Below, one piece after another: positions 1-13,796 of a stretch of 64,000 nucleotides of DNA. Every line of letters starts with the position of its first letter. Position 1 is the stretch's first letter. Source of the stretch: Geosiphon pyriformis uo1 (Eukaryota > Fungi > Glomeromycota). The notes beneath the pieces were generated by a model. That model saw only the letters and a list, made by a program, of their open reading frames with translations, was not told the DNA's origin and made no database searches. The DNA lies in NCBI GenBank assembly GCA_016748015.1, contig JAAOMT010000254.1, positions 1-64,000 on the forward strand, in the 5' to 3' direction. The position numbers and the translations under genes are program-made.

Positions 1-1
1 C

Positions 2-1553
<1,552 letters not shown>

Positions 1554-3026
1554 CATTGAGTGAAAAAGAAATTTTATATTGATATTGATCATTTATTTAT
1601 TTTAGAATTTTTTGATCATTTATCATTGTATTTATAATTTTTCGGTCGATTTGGAGTTTGTCTAATAAATAATTAGCCATAAATTTTTTCAACTTTAAAT
1701 TTAATTAAAAAATTACTCTCATCAATTTCATTGCCCTGATAATCAAAAAAGCTGTTCTCATGATTTTTGTGTAAAAAGAATTCTATTAATTTCTTCAGGA
1801 TACTTTATTTTTAAATGAAAGAAATGAAAAAATAAAATATGGGACCAATATATTTATACAAATAATTTCCAAGTAAAAATATTTTTAAATCTAAAGTTTT
1901 ATTTTTATTTTTCGAGCCCCGTGTTTAGATTTATTAAATTTATTCACTATGTAAATATTTAAAACCAAATTTTGTAAATTCTACTTGCAAAATTTCCAAT
2001 TGGTGTACAATTTAAATGCAATGATGTAATCTTTTGCTCATAAAAACCAATTGAATTTCAACCAAAGGTTAATTTGATAATAGCTTTAAGCTCAGTTTCC
2101 TGTTGAAATATATGACAATTAAAATAATAAAAAAACAATCCGCTATAATCGTTTTTTGGAGTATTTTATGATTTTCATCTCATCAAAGGCTATGAGACTT
2201 AACCACGTTCCCTAGATTCTCTCAATCAAGGTTTCTTTCAAAAAATTTCACTTGTAAAGAATGAATAGGCTCAAAGGTATATTTTTTCCTGTGGTAAAAA
2301 ATTTAACCTTATCAATGATCATAAACTTTCATGACTTTGGAGATTATCACTGGTTTGTGTGAGTGCCCAAGACATCCTTATTTCTTTGGCTGCTCAATTG
2401 CTTATTGGATATAATGTTCTTATGTAAAAAAAAAAAAAAAAAAAAATTTCTTTGCTGTCTCATAGCACCAAGTTTATTGCCAGAAACTTTTTTTTATACA
2501 AGAAATAAATAATGCAAAAAAAATTACCTTGATCCATTAGATTTCTGACGTCTCCAAGATCATTTAGAGGTTCCAAAGGGAAATCAAAAATGTGAGGTAA
2601 TATGGCTGATAGCAAGGTTAAAAAAAATTTTATTCTGTGTCTAAAGTATGAACGTGGGTGATACTATTCCAGATTTGGTACTTACAAATTACTCCGACAG
2701 TTATAGTGATAAAACCAACCGCGCCCTTTCTAAATAGTTAACTGATTAAAAAATTGAACGTGTCTGTTTACCAATATTGAAAATTCTCGCGTCAGCTGCT
2801 AGAATTCTTTAATTAAAGATCTACATCATTTTTACTCAGCTAACATGTATTTAATTCTAATCACCATCAGTTACTTCTCCCTTGATTTTTAAGTTCCCTC
2901 TGGACGATAAAATTTATTGTGAACAAGCTACTTGATTATACGTGTTTTCATTAAACTTTATACTTTTTGCCATTCGTATATACGATACCAATACCCCAAG
3001 TTGCCTAGCTTTTGAATTTAGAAAAA

Positions 3027-4691
3027 ATGTTGAATCAACGACCGAAGCCTGACAAAGGTTTTCGCTCATGGAACGCCAAAGCTCTTGGATATCAATCCGT
3101 AAGTCTTTTATCAGTAAATGAAATATAAATACAATAAATTGAAAGTCTTTTTATATCCAGGACTTTCAACCACAACCGAGTATGCAGTCGCAGCCTCGAC
3201 CGCATCCTCCCTCTGTGAAACGGTTCACCGTCGCTGAAGTCACCGGAAAGACCGAATCCAAAGTCGCTGGGTATCGCTTTAGCAATGCTGTCGCATTGGG
3301 AAAGCTTTCACCAGCTCTTCCCCCTTTTGATCCTTCTGCTAAGATTTCACAACTACCTCTTCAAGAATCAGTTACTACGATTTCACAACTATCTCTTCAA
3401 GAATCAGTTACTCGATTTACATCGAGCTTCAAAAACTCTACTACAATTTCTGGTCCTCAATATAACAATGAGATGACCAAGCATTTTCTGGAAGGATCGA
3501 ATACACTAGCAGAGCAAGAAATTAAAAAACGAGAACAAGTTTGGGCATCGGAAAGTTCTACCAATCTATCGGGTTCAATGCCACTAAATGATACATGGCC
3601 CATGGAAGAAGAGTCATTTGTGTTGGAAGAGACGGCACCTGTGAATGCAGATCAATTCAACAATAAAAATGTTTGTGATCTCGATTGAAAACTTTCCCCA
3701 GAGTTGATGATTTGTCATATTTATTTTTTATTTGATTGGATTATTTTAATTGAAAGGATCATTTTAATAATTCTTGGGATAAGAGGATTGATCAATATGA
3801 CGAGGAGATGGTCGACGGTTGGGAAAATTTAATCAAAACGAATAATTCGGGGACAGGAATAGGAATAAGGACAAGGACCTCTTCACAAATAGTACCTATC
3901 AAATTTGATCAATTTTTTTGCCAATCAAGGTTGGCTCTGAAAATTTTTAAATTTTAAATTTTTCGAATACTTAGACCTCACAGCCCTCAGGCGATCAGGC
4001 TAAAGTCTTTTACACTGAAGTTGGGCAATTTCAATCAAACATATCTTACTTTAGCCAAGATTATCAAGTTCAAAATCCAATACCAGATCCCACTCAATTC
4101 ATCGATGTTCCACAAGCTATATTTCATTCTACTCAAATTAAACAACCTCAAACATCCGTACCTAACCCTAATCAAACCATCTATGTTCAAATCATTCCTG
4201 AATCAAGTAACGGTCCCCAGACTCGACAAATCGTAACCAATTTTAGCTGCGGTATGATCAATCAGCCTCCGATCCCTGTTTCAACGCCTCAGGTAAATTT
4301 CATCTAAAGGTTAAAAGTTTACAATATTTAACTAAGAATTTATTTATATCTATTCAATTAGGACCCAAATCTTCTGATCGATTTGTCGGATACACCTACT
4401 CCAGAGCAAATTCGGCCACCAGCACTAACTACCTTCCCACCACCAAGAACAAATTCCGCTCAAGGAAGGATAAGTGAACTATTATCTATACTGTCAACAA
4501 TAGATTGGAAAAGTTATATAGCACAAGCGCATCAAGACAAGATGGAGGCTCTCCGGGCAGATAGGGTTTGTTTTTTCATGAGTATTTTTTATATTTTACT
4601 TACTTTATTCATTATGAAAATTTCTTTTTTTTGATAGCCCAAAGACCCAGAACCACCTCGAACCGATTACCAAAATTTAGATTTCCTCTAA
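3027..4691 (+). CDS. Unknown low-complexity (Q/P/S/T-rich) protein, 6 exons (approx. 3027-3098, 3161-3670, 3757-3891, 3975-4292, 4362-4566, 4638-4691)
   Basis: Five short GT..AG introns, all phase 0, give one continuous frame from MLNQRPKPDKG to PPRTDYQNLDFL*. It contains a 36-bp tandem duplication (ISQLPLQESVTT/ISQLSLQESVTR). No recognisable domain. Confidence 0.7.
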
Positions 4692-6512
4692 GTGACAAAA
4701 TCTTCATTAGAGAAATCTTTCATTCATCTATTGACAGAGGAACCATATTTTTCAAAATGACCAGCAATTAGGAACCTTAAAATAATACATGTATTCATTA
4801 AATAATAGAAATTTAATTCCCAAATAATCAAATCTCTAATTACTTGGAAGAGCAATAACAGCAAATGGTTGTTTTTGAACTACGCAATCTACAAGGCTGA
4901 AATAAGTCATTATGCGCGATTAGATTTAGCGCAAGTCCAGAATCCAAGTTCCAAAAGATAAGGAAAAGCCCGTTAAAAAGGTGTGTCAATCAAAATCAAA
5001 GCTTTACAACTTTTTAGTTCCAGTCATTTCGTTTAAAGAGTGTCCTATCGAGCATTTAATATTGAACAAAATATATCACAATTAACCCACTCTCTTCATC
5101 TTAATCAAATTCGCAAAATTATCAAAGTTTCTATTATTAGAACAATTCAAGACCTACTATTCAATGGCCTCAGGGTGAGAATAAAAATTATATTCAATTT
5201 GTACAAAAAAAGAAAACACCAGTCTGTTATAGGAGCCTGGAAATTGAAAAAAAAAACAAAAAACAAAAAAAAACAGGGCAATGAAAACAACTTAAACTAG
5301 TAAATTTAAATCATATCTATTGAAAATTTTAAACTCAAATTATTTATATAAAATTACTATTAGTCAATATTGTTAATTGAACTTGCAAATAATTATAATC
5401 ACATTTATGAAACAAACAATCATGATACAAGCTTTTTATTATAAAATGTAAATAGTTTTGAAGTTTAATAATTTAAAAAATTAATTGATTTTTAGAGTTT
5501 ATGAATATTAAGTGTTATTTGAGATTTTTTATTTAAATATTTTTTGAATTTGGAAATTTTTCAAGTCAGATTTTTTTTTTAAGACTTTTTTCGATTAATG
5601 AATAAAATAAATAAAAAATATTTATTAAAAAATATGTCAAATGTTTTAATTAGTGGGAAAAGACAAATTAATATTTTTTTACAAATTGAATTCGAAATTT
5701 TAATACTATTCAAATAATTTATTTTTATAAAATTTGTTCAACCATTAATAATACAAAAATTACCAAATCCTTTGTTATATTAACTTTAACTGCTAAGCCG
5801 AAAGAACTAACCAGAAAATCAGTTAAAATTTTTCTCTGAATATTGACAGTGAACCAAGTTTAAGTTTGTTCCGTGATTTTGAGATAAGTATAATATTAAA
5901 AATCAAAGACCCGAATTTTTTTATCAGAGAATTTAAAATAATTTTCCGATTCAATTTCCTTTTTTAATCAGAAAGCTTTTCAAAGCTTTAGCTTAAATTT
6001 TAAATCTCTTAATATTTAAAACGTATCACATTTTTCCAATTTCCAAAAAAAGGGATCTTATTCATATATTTTATTTTCAAAAGTATTTTTATTTTTTTAG
6101 TTCTTATACCCCCCCCCCCCATAAACCTGTTAATTTCAAGATTTTTGCTGATCCGTTGTGGAAAAATGAACATGGATCCGGGACATCAATATTTTATTAT
6201 GGAAAGCATTTAAAATAATTTATCTCATCTCTGAGTTTATTGGCGATTTACCCGAAGACTATTCTCCAAATACCTATATACACGTAATACATGGAGTCTT
6301 TTGGAAGGTACTCTCGATGATATACCTTTCAAAAAATTTTAATTAATTTATACCCAATAATCAAACGAAACAATCAAAGATCAAAATATTATCATCTAAT
6401 ATTGATCTCATCAAAACATATCTATTTAAAAGGAAACACCCAGCAACATCTGTGAGAAACCTTTTCAATCAATCAAAACTTTCAATTTCTTCAATGCGAT
6501 AAACGTCTCAGT

Positions 6513-7956
6513 ATGCCATTCAGAAATTTTGGGTTATTTATTATTGTGATATGGACTTGGCAGCTATGGTTTAATGGATTCAATAAATTTGAAAATCAAA
6601 TTCAGATTCATTCGTTACGAAATTTGACGAGAAATTTGAGACTTTATTCAAAAATAATCACTCAAAGATCTCAAGAACTTTTATCAAAAAAAAATCATAA
6701 AAGTTTAAAAAATATATATGACAATTCCGATCTTTTTGATTCAAAGAAATCAGTGAATACTGGTGAATTCAATTTGGCAAATAAAAATTTGGATAATGAG
6801 GATATTGAAAATCAATTGTGGCCTCTAAAGGTACTTCGACAAGATCGGCCCTTATTTTTAGCTTTAGCAAGGTATGCTCGGTATGCGAATTATGGTTATT
6901 GTATGCCGAATAATGACATTGGGAAATCTGTTTCGAATGTTATTGGTTAGATATTTTCAATTATACTTAATCGGAAAAAGTTGTATATAACTTAAGTTTT
7001 TAACAATTTTAATTTATTTTTCTATTCAGCTGATGCAATTATATCGTCGAAGCCAAAAGCAGTTATAGTATATTTCAAAGGAAAAAAATTTTCAGTTCAG
7101 AATTGGTATGAATGGGACTCATCACTTGTTGAATACCCAAAACTTCCATCAAAAGTTGATAAAGTAATGCTTGACCATGTGCAAGCAATGAAACCAGCCC
7201 TTACGGAGAAAATAAAACTTTTATTACAAAAAGATCCCGAGACTTTGGAACGGGTTAGATTTGTAGGACATGGAATTGGTGGTGGTAGGTTTAATGATTG
7301 TTTTAATTCCAAGATTTTTAATATTGAAAATAAACTTTTCTCCAAATAAATTATCTACAGCATACGCAGTTCTAGCGGCCCTACTAGTAAAAGACGAATT
7401 TCAGGAAACAGTATTTGCACGCACAAATATAGTAGTATACACATTTGGCCAACCGCGTATTGGAAATGAACATTTCTCAAAATACGTGAGCGATAATCTC
7501 AAAGTTTTTCGATTCACACACACAAATGACATTCTAACTCGATTCCCGGTATATGATCGTGGACTTCGACATCCTGAAACCGAATTTTGGATTGCAAGTA
7601 GAGATTGTAATTGTCCCCCGTCGATTTTCAAGATTAATGACAATTATCTAGAGTTTGATTATGATCTTTGGATGTGTCGGGTTTACCAGCCTGAAACTGG
7701 GCATTTGAAGGTTCAGGATCATCCGGTATGTAATATAATGTCTAAAGATTAGCTATAAACTTCTGTGTGTTGATTATTTTTTTTATTTTTTTTTACTTAA
7801 AAAATCTAGAAATGCAATGCCGGAGAAATTGTGGATATTTCATATCAAAGTGAAAACGATAATCCTCACAATGGACCTTATTTCAATGTTTTAATGGGTA
7901 AATGTAATTCTATACTACAACCTGATATTTTTCAAGACCTACCAGCTATGTATTAA
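6513..7956 (+). CDS. Class 3 lipase-fold protein lacking the catalytic Ser (GHGIGG); exons 6513-6945, 7030-7284, 7361-7725, 7810-7956
   Basis: Hydrophobic N-terminus; ARYANYGYC; FVGHGIGG|AYAVLAAL; YTFGQPRIGN; RFTHTNDILTRFP; HPETEFWI; CNAG...PHNGPYF. Canonical GT-AG introns keep the frame. Confidence 0.88.
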
Positions 7957-8369
7957 TATTCAGGAATTTAAGATTTGTATCGTGATATCTTTTTTGCAAA
8001 GATGATCACCAAGCAAATTATGAGGATTTTCGTCAAAACGTTAAAAATCAAAATTTTTGGCCAAAATTTTTTTTTTGTGAATATTTCCAACTGTGATACC
8101 TTGTAATGCTAAAAACTCGTTTTATGATTTATGTAAACATTGTAAGACTGTTTTGTCATATAAATAGTTATTAAAGGGATGGAAGCTAAATATCGAGTTT
8201 TAGCAAAATCTAGATATATCAGAAACCCTTTAAGATAATTATGAAGAAAAATGTATCATGTTTAATGAAATAGAAACTCTCATTACATGAATTTGCGTTT
8301 TAATAATTTTAATACTTGTCATTTATTCGGCATTACCTATACACCAGTATTTATTTACTGCGTCTCGAT

Positions 8370-10340
8370 CTACTTAATTTTTTGGAACTTTTAACGGGTG
8401 TTGACTTTATCTGAATAAATATCACTAAATTTTCTTTTTAAAATCTGAATTCTATTATTATCATTTTTTACTTCCAGTCTTTTCCAACTCTGCTTTAATA
8501 ACCATATAAAAAAAAATTAATTTAGAATGGATAACTGAAAAATCAATCAAAAAAAAAGTAAAAAATAAATAAAGTTACAATAAATTCCTGTAATTTTAAT
8601 ATTCCTGACTTCATTTTATGAATATTGTTCGGGTGGGAGGCTATGGTAAGACTTCCAAACTCTTCATATACATATAAACCATCCTTCCACATAATTAACA
8701 TCTTGATTTCAAACAAATACCCAAGTATTCCGATTACAGCCCGATTATTGTAATCAACGCTTCCAGTTTCCATTGCTTTTAATATCCGAACATTCACACA
8801 ATCCCTTAATTTTCGACACAATTTGAAAAAATCCATTGAAAGCTTTGTTAAAACAGGCTTAGTAGGAGATCCTGCCTGTTCTCCAACAAAAATTTCTTCA
8901 CCCGTTTCCCAAGACCAAGCCAACAGATCAGCAGATTTTCCTTCAACTACTTTGTGTATTGTAGGATCAAGTCCATAATTTTTTCTGTATATAGATGCCA
9001 AGTACAGGAACTTTTAGACTGAAAAAAATAAAAAAATAAATTTCAATAAGATATAATTAAAAAAAATAAAATAAAATCTTAGCTAAGTCTAATACTTACG
9101 CTCGTCAATCTAAATTTGTAAATTCCTGTAAAGCATTAGAAAAAAAACGATGTCCCAATAATGATGTTCACTACTGTTTGAAATATCTGGAATAGATTTA
9201 AGAAATGATTCGATCCTACAATATAAAATAAAAAATGAAACATTAATTACAACAGGTGACGAATCAATAAAACCTTAATTAATACTTATAAATGTAACAT
9301 TACTCTATATAAATACTTTTTAAGTTTTGTTGTTACTTCTTCAAATATCTTTTAACTAAAATCAATGAGAATCCAATCAGAAATGGTTTTCTTTGGTCCA
9401 CCTTCAGTTAAGAATTACTAATTAGTAATCATTTTAAATAACAAAAATAAACCATGTTATTACCTTATAATAATCCTCTATAACTTCACACCGGTAATCC
9501 GGTAACATTATATCGCTTTTTGGTTTTACAGAAAGCAGTTTTATGTATTGATCAAATGATGCTTTGATAAACACCTCATTCTCTACTTTTTTATTCTCAT
9601 CTTCATAATCGTCCTATAGTATTAATGACAAGAAACAAACGTTGAATAAAATTCTTTGACTTGTAATGTAACTCGTTTACTAAAAGTTCTAAAATTAATC
9701 ACTTGCCTTTTCCACTTTTTTTGATGCAATTCGATATTTGGAAGACCAAATCGCTTTGTTGAGTTCGTTGTTTTTGATAGTCTACATTAAAAAAAAAAGC
9801 ATTCAATAATGATCTAAGAGGTTTAATAAATACACTTAGGTGTGAAGGAAGTTCACAAAAAGCCACAAGTTGTTTAGACATTACGGCCTTGCCCAGCGTT
9901 TTTATGGCCACGTGCCCACGGCACTACCCATCGGTTTTATCCACGGCAAAATCCTTCTCAACCCACAGCTGCTGGATTGACCATAGAGTACGCTGGCACC
10001 ACCTGTAAACTGCATCAAGTCACTAATATCACTAGATACTTTCCTGTAATTCATCCTGAAATACACAGGCCTTCTTATAGGCATGATGGGTATCTTGATA
10101 CTTTTGCATCAAGTAACTCAGCTCATGAGCCAAAGACTTATATGAGTTGTGTTTACTGATAGGTGTTATTAAATGTTGCTGTTGTTCGATCCAATAAAGA
10201 TCCTAATCGTTTACGCCCCATGTTTTTTGGATCACGGCTCCAATAATCTACCAACGGAATGTTCAGACTTGCATTTTTCAATGTGAAAATACAAAGTAAC
10301 TTACCTGAGTATTTTAACTTTGAGTTTTCTGTTAACATCG
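8370..10340 (-). pseudogene. Disrupted multi-exon gene of a Glomeromycotina-type hypothetical family with a possible restriction-endonuclease-like (PD-(D/E)XK-like) C-terminal domain
   Basis: Fragments include DYWSRDPKN, MAIKTLGKAV and the 8543-9001 ORF with KSADLLAW...GEEIFVGEQAGSP...K. Intron-like GT/AG breaks are present, with frameshifts/stops in the first and last exons. Fold assignment rests on motif spacing only. Confidence 0.5.
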
Positions 10341-10575
10341 AAGATCAGCTATTGATAGCTGATCTTTTCATCGTAAACTTTATTTTCCTTTAATAGGAAT
10401 TTGCAAAAACTATTACGTGTTTGATACATTGCAATCTAAATAAAACGATTCAAATTTTTTCTATTGACAAATGAGATAAATGTTTGCAAGTACCAAAATA
10501 TATTTCAAATGATTGGCTCAAAAAATAACTTTCTTTAACCAAAGATGTGGAGACATTTAATTCGCGAAATTTTTT

Positions 10576-12100
10576 TTAAACCATCGCAGGACAATCAGAC
10601 ATTATATGACCAAAATATGGCCCAAAATGAGCAACTAATGGGTTTAAAATATCATTATCTGTGGTACCTGCGTTACAAAACTTTATAAGAAGAATGAGAG
10701 TGATTAGTTCCGAAATTTCTTTTTTGTTATAAAAATTTGAAAGTAACCTAAAAATCAAAAAACTCACCATTGACTCCTCTAACAATCCATCAACAACTCT
10801 TTTTCCCACTGGACACTTGTATAGTACTTTATTAGCCTCAACCTTATTAGCTTTAACCTTTTTCATTTTAATATTTTTCTCTCTCCCTTTTATTTCTCCA
10901 ACACAATCACAATTATCATCTGCTAGGCCAATCCAATACTCCTTCGGATGATGAAGGAAGGGTATTTCCGGAGTATATGTGGGAAATCTTGGAACCCAAT
11001 CGTTCATATTTGTAACACGAAAGATATTTCCTTCCAGTTTTTGATATGCATAGTTTGCGAATTCGATGTTTCCCATTCGTGGTTGACCGAATGTGTACAC
11101 TTCCACTCCTGAACGAAGGTCGAGCAGATTGGGCAGCTTTGGTGACCAATATTTATCACGCTTAAATGCTAAAGCTGCGAATATAGCAAATACTTTTTTA
11201 TAGATCATAAATTTTGAGGTAAGCAAAAGTTGCACATTTTTTAAAAATGGGTTTTTTTTTTCCAAATTTATTCTCAATACTATGGACAAAAAATTAATAA
11301 TACCTCCAGCTAACCCATGCCCTAGAAATCGCGGCGTCATTACCCCATTATCAGCATAGCGTGTTCTGTCAGCATACAATCTTTTCAATATTGGCCATCC
11401 TTTCAAAAATTCATTATAAAATTCTTCATCAACCATTGTACCAGGATAAGGGCAGGGGTACGGTATCAACCTCCGAGGTAAATATCTGGATTTAACTTCT
11501 AGATTTCTAGCTCGAATTAAAATACGTAGCTGTTTTAATCGTAAAATGTATATGATTTGTGCTGTTCGATATTAGTTATGTAAATTCTTAATATACAGAA
11601 ATTTAATTATAGCAAGAAATCATCGCTACCATAGAAGTTTTCGGTGATTTTAATGACTTTACCACGAGCATGTGGGGATATCCCCTGGACCAGACATGAT
11701 GCAATTTTTGCTGATGATGCCATATCTTGTATTTTTAAAACAGTTTCATGGTTATTTGGTAGTGGGATCTTTTGTTTTTCCTCTTTTGATCTTGGTATTA
11801 ACTTTTTCGAGGTTAATTTGGTAGGAGTTGGTGAAAGATTTTATTAATATTTTTTTTCTTTTATGTGAATCTCATAAAATTAGTATAGATTCAAGGTACC
11901 TTTTTTCTTATGTAAGGATCAAAAAATGTTTTTGGTGTTGAATAATTCGAATCTTGAATATTAGGAGTTATCATAGCCGTTTTCCATGATATTTCTTCTC
12001 CAAGTAGTTTATATTCTAAACAAATTTTATCAAGTGAATAGAACAAAAATATTGATGTTGTAACGAAGATAATTTGAAGTAATTTGAAGTAAAAATCCAT
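10576..12100 (-). CDS. Class 3 lipase-fold protein lacking the catalytic Ser (GHGLAG); 5 exons, first intron acceptor ambiguous
   Basis: N-terminal hydrophobic segment (MDFYFKLLQIIFVTTSIFLFY); AKIASC; FLGHGLAG|VFAIFAAL; YTFGQPRMGN; RVTNMNDWVPRFP; HHPKEYWI; CNAG...AHFGPYFG. The ORF track reads through two stop-free introns. Confidence 0.82.
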
Positions 12101-12394
12101 ATGGAGGTAGTAAAATTTTGAGTTTTTTATATTGACATTTTTATGTATAATAGAAAGTCCCTATGATAACCCTATCAATACTTTATCCCGTTATTTCATT
12201 TTTACCGTTTCATGATTGGCTTTTGCTTTTACTTTACTGCTGTTCCACCTTACAAAGATTTGAAAAGTTTAACAGGGTTTTTGTAAAAACAAAAAAATTA
12301 GTTTGAAAATAGATTTGCGAACTATTTACTTTTTCTTTGAAATTTTCTCATCATATGTATTTATACTATTTAATATTAATGGTAAACTATTTCC

Positions 12395-13796
12395 TCAGAC
12401 TTCATTCAAATCAATATCAATGTCAATAGGACAAGTTCCCATTATATATCCGAAATAAGGACCAAAGTATGCTTCTTTTTTTGGTGGTCTATTGTAAAAT
12501 TGTGCATTACATCGCTACATATGTGAATTAAAAAGAAATTTGTGATTTAATAAATATATATAGATTCTTAAAATTTGTAACCACCATGTTACTTAGCTTA
12601 CCGGATTATCTTTATAACCCTGATTAGATTTCAATTTTGGAATCCATTCATTAGGACACTCATAAACGGGGTATTCGTTACAAACACAATCCAGAGTTTC
12701 TTGGATCCAATATTCTATTCCGTGATGATTATAAGATTTAGGAAAAGAAGGAACGTAATCATCGAAATAAGTTATACGATTAACAGTAATAAAGGTTTGT
12801 ATATGACGAGCTAGCTCGCCATTACCAAGGCGTGGTTGTCCGAATGTTGTAATGGTAAAAAGTGCCTTGGATTCTATCGCTGTTAAATTCTTTTCTTTAA
12901 TGTATTCCACAGCCGTTAAAATTGCCCAAACTGAAAAGGAAAATTTTTTTTAAAGATCTTTCAAATATGTATAATTCAGAGAATAGATATGTAATAATAA
13001 TAACCACCACCAAGCCTATAACCCGTGAAAAAGAAGCCAAAAGTTGAATTTTGAGGATTCTCTGTTAAAGAATTTAATTTTTCAAATATTTTTTGTTTTG
13101 CCAGTCTGAATTGTCGATAAAATTCTGAATCAACTGATTTTCCTTCTAGCCCTGGATATCCCATGATTCGATTTTTACGTTGACGATTCCAAAAATCATA
13201 ATTAAATCTGTTGATTCCATTGAAATATACGATATAGCCTGGAATTTTGGAGTGGCTTAAAGTTGTTGGCCAATACAATTCTTTATCAGCTCGAACTTTA
13301 ACGTTATTATTATGATAAAGTCAAATAGAACATTAGGATTAAAAAATAAAATTTTCAAAACTCACAATTATTAAAACTTTGAATTACCATAGATTTCTTT
13401 TGAATAACTATCAACTAATTTGAAGAGACATGAAGCTTCTTGAGCTTTTTCGGCCATTTTACTAAAAAACTCCAAGGTGCCAGGATTCGTAACCGGAATT
13501 CTCTGAACACTATTACTTTCACTTCGAGACCATAAAGAATTGAATTCTTTACTTTGAAACTGACCATATGACCTTCTGTACCCTTTAATACTGTTATCAA
13601 CTGACTTTTTTTCGAGTTCATTTATAACATAATTTAATTGACCGAAATTAATAGATGCTTCTGTAGGCGATGAATTGATTAAGATATTTTCTCCAAGGGA
13701 AAATAGCATTAAAAAAGAATTTGTTAAAATATTTAAAAAGAGTAAATACGCAGTCCATTTTCTTTGATACCAATATAGAATTGAAGAAAAATACAT
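12395..13796 (-). CDS. Class 3 lipase-fold protein lacking catalytic Ser and His (GYRLGG; AYFGPYFG); 4 exons
   Basis: ORFs 13371-13796, 12976-13278 and 12593-12910 plus a last exon RCNAQFYNRPPKKEAYFGPYFGYIMGTC...EV* are joined by GT-AG introns. Motifs: TTFGQPRLGN, RITYFDDYVPSFP, HHGIEYWI. Confidence 0.85.
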
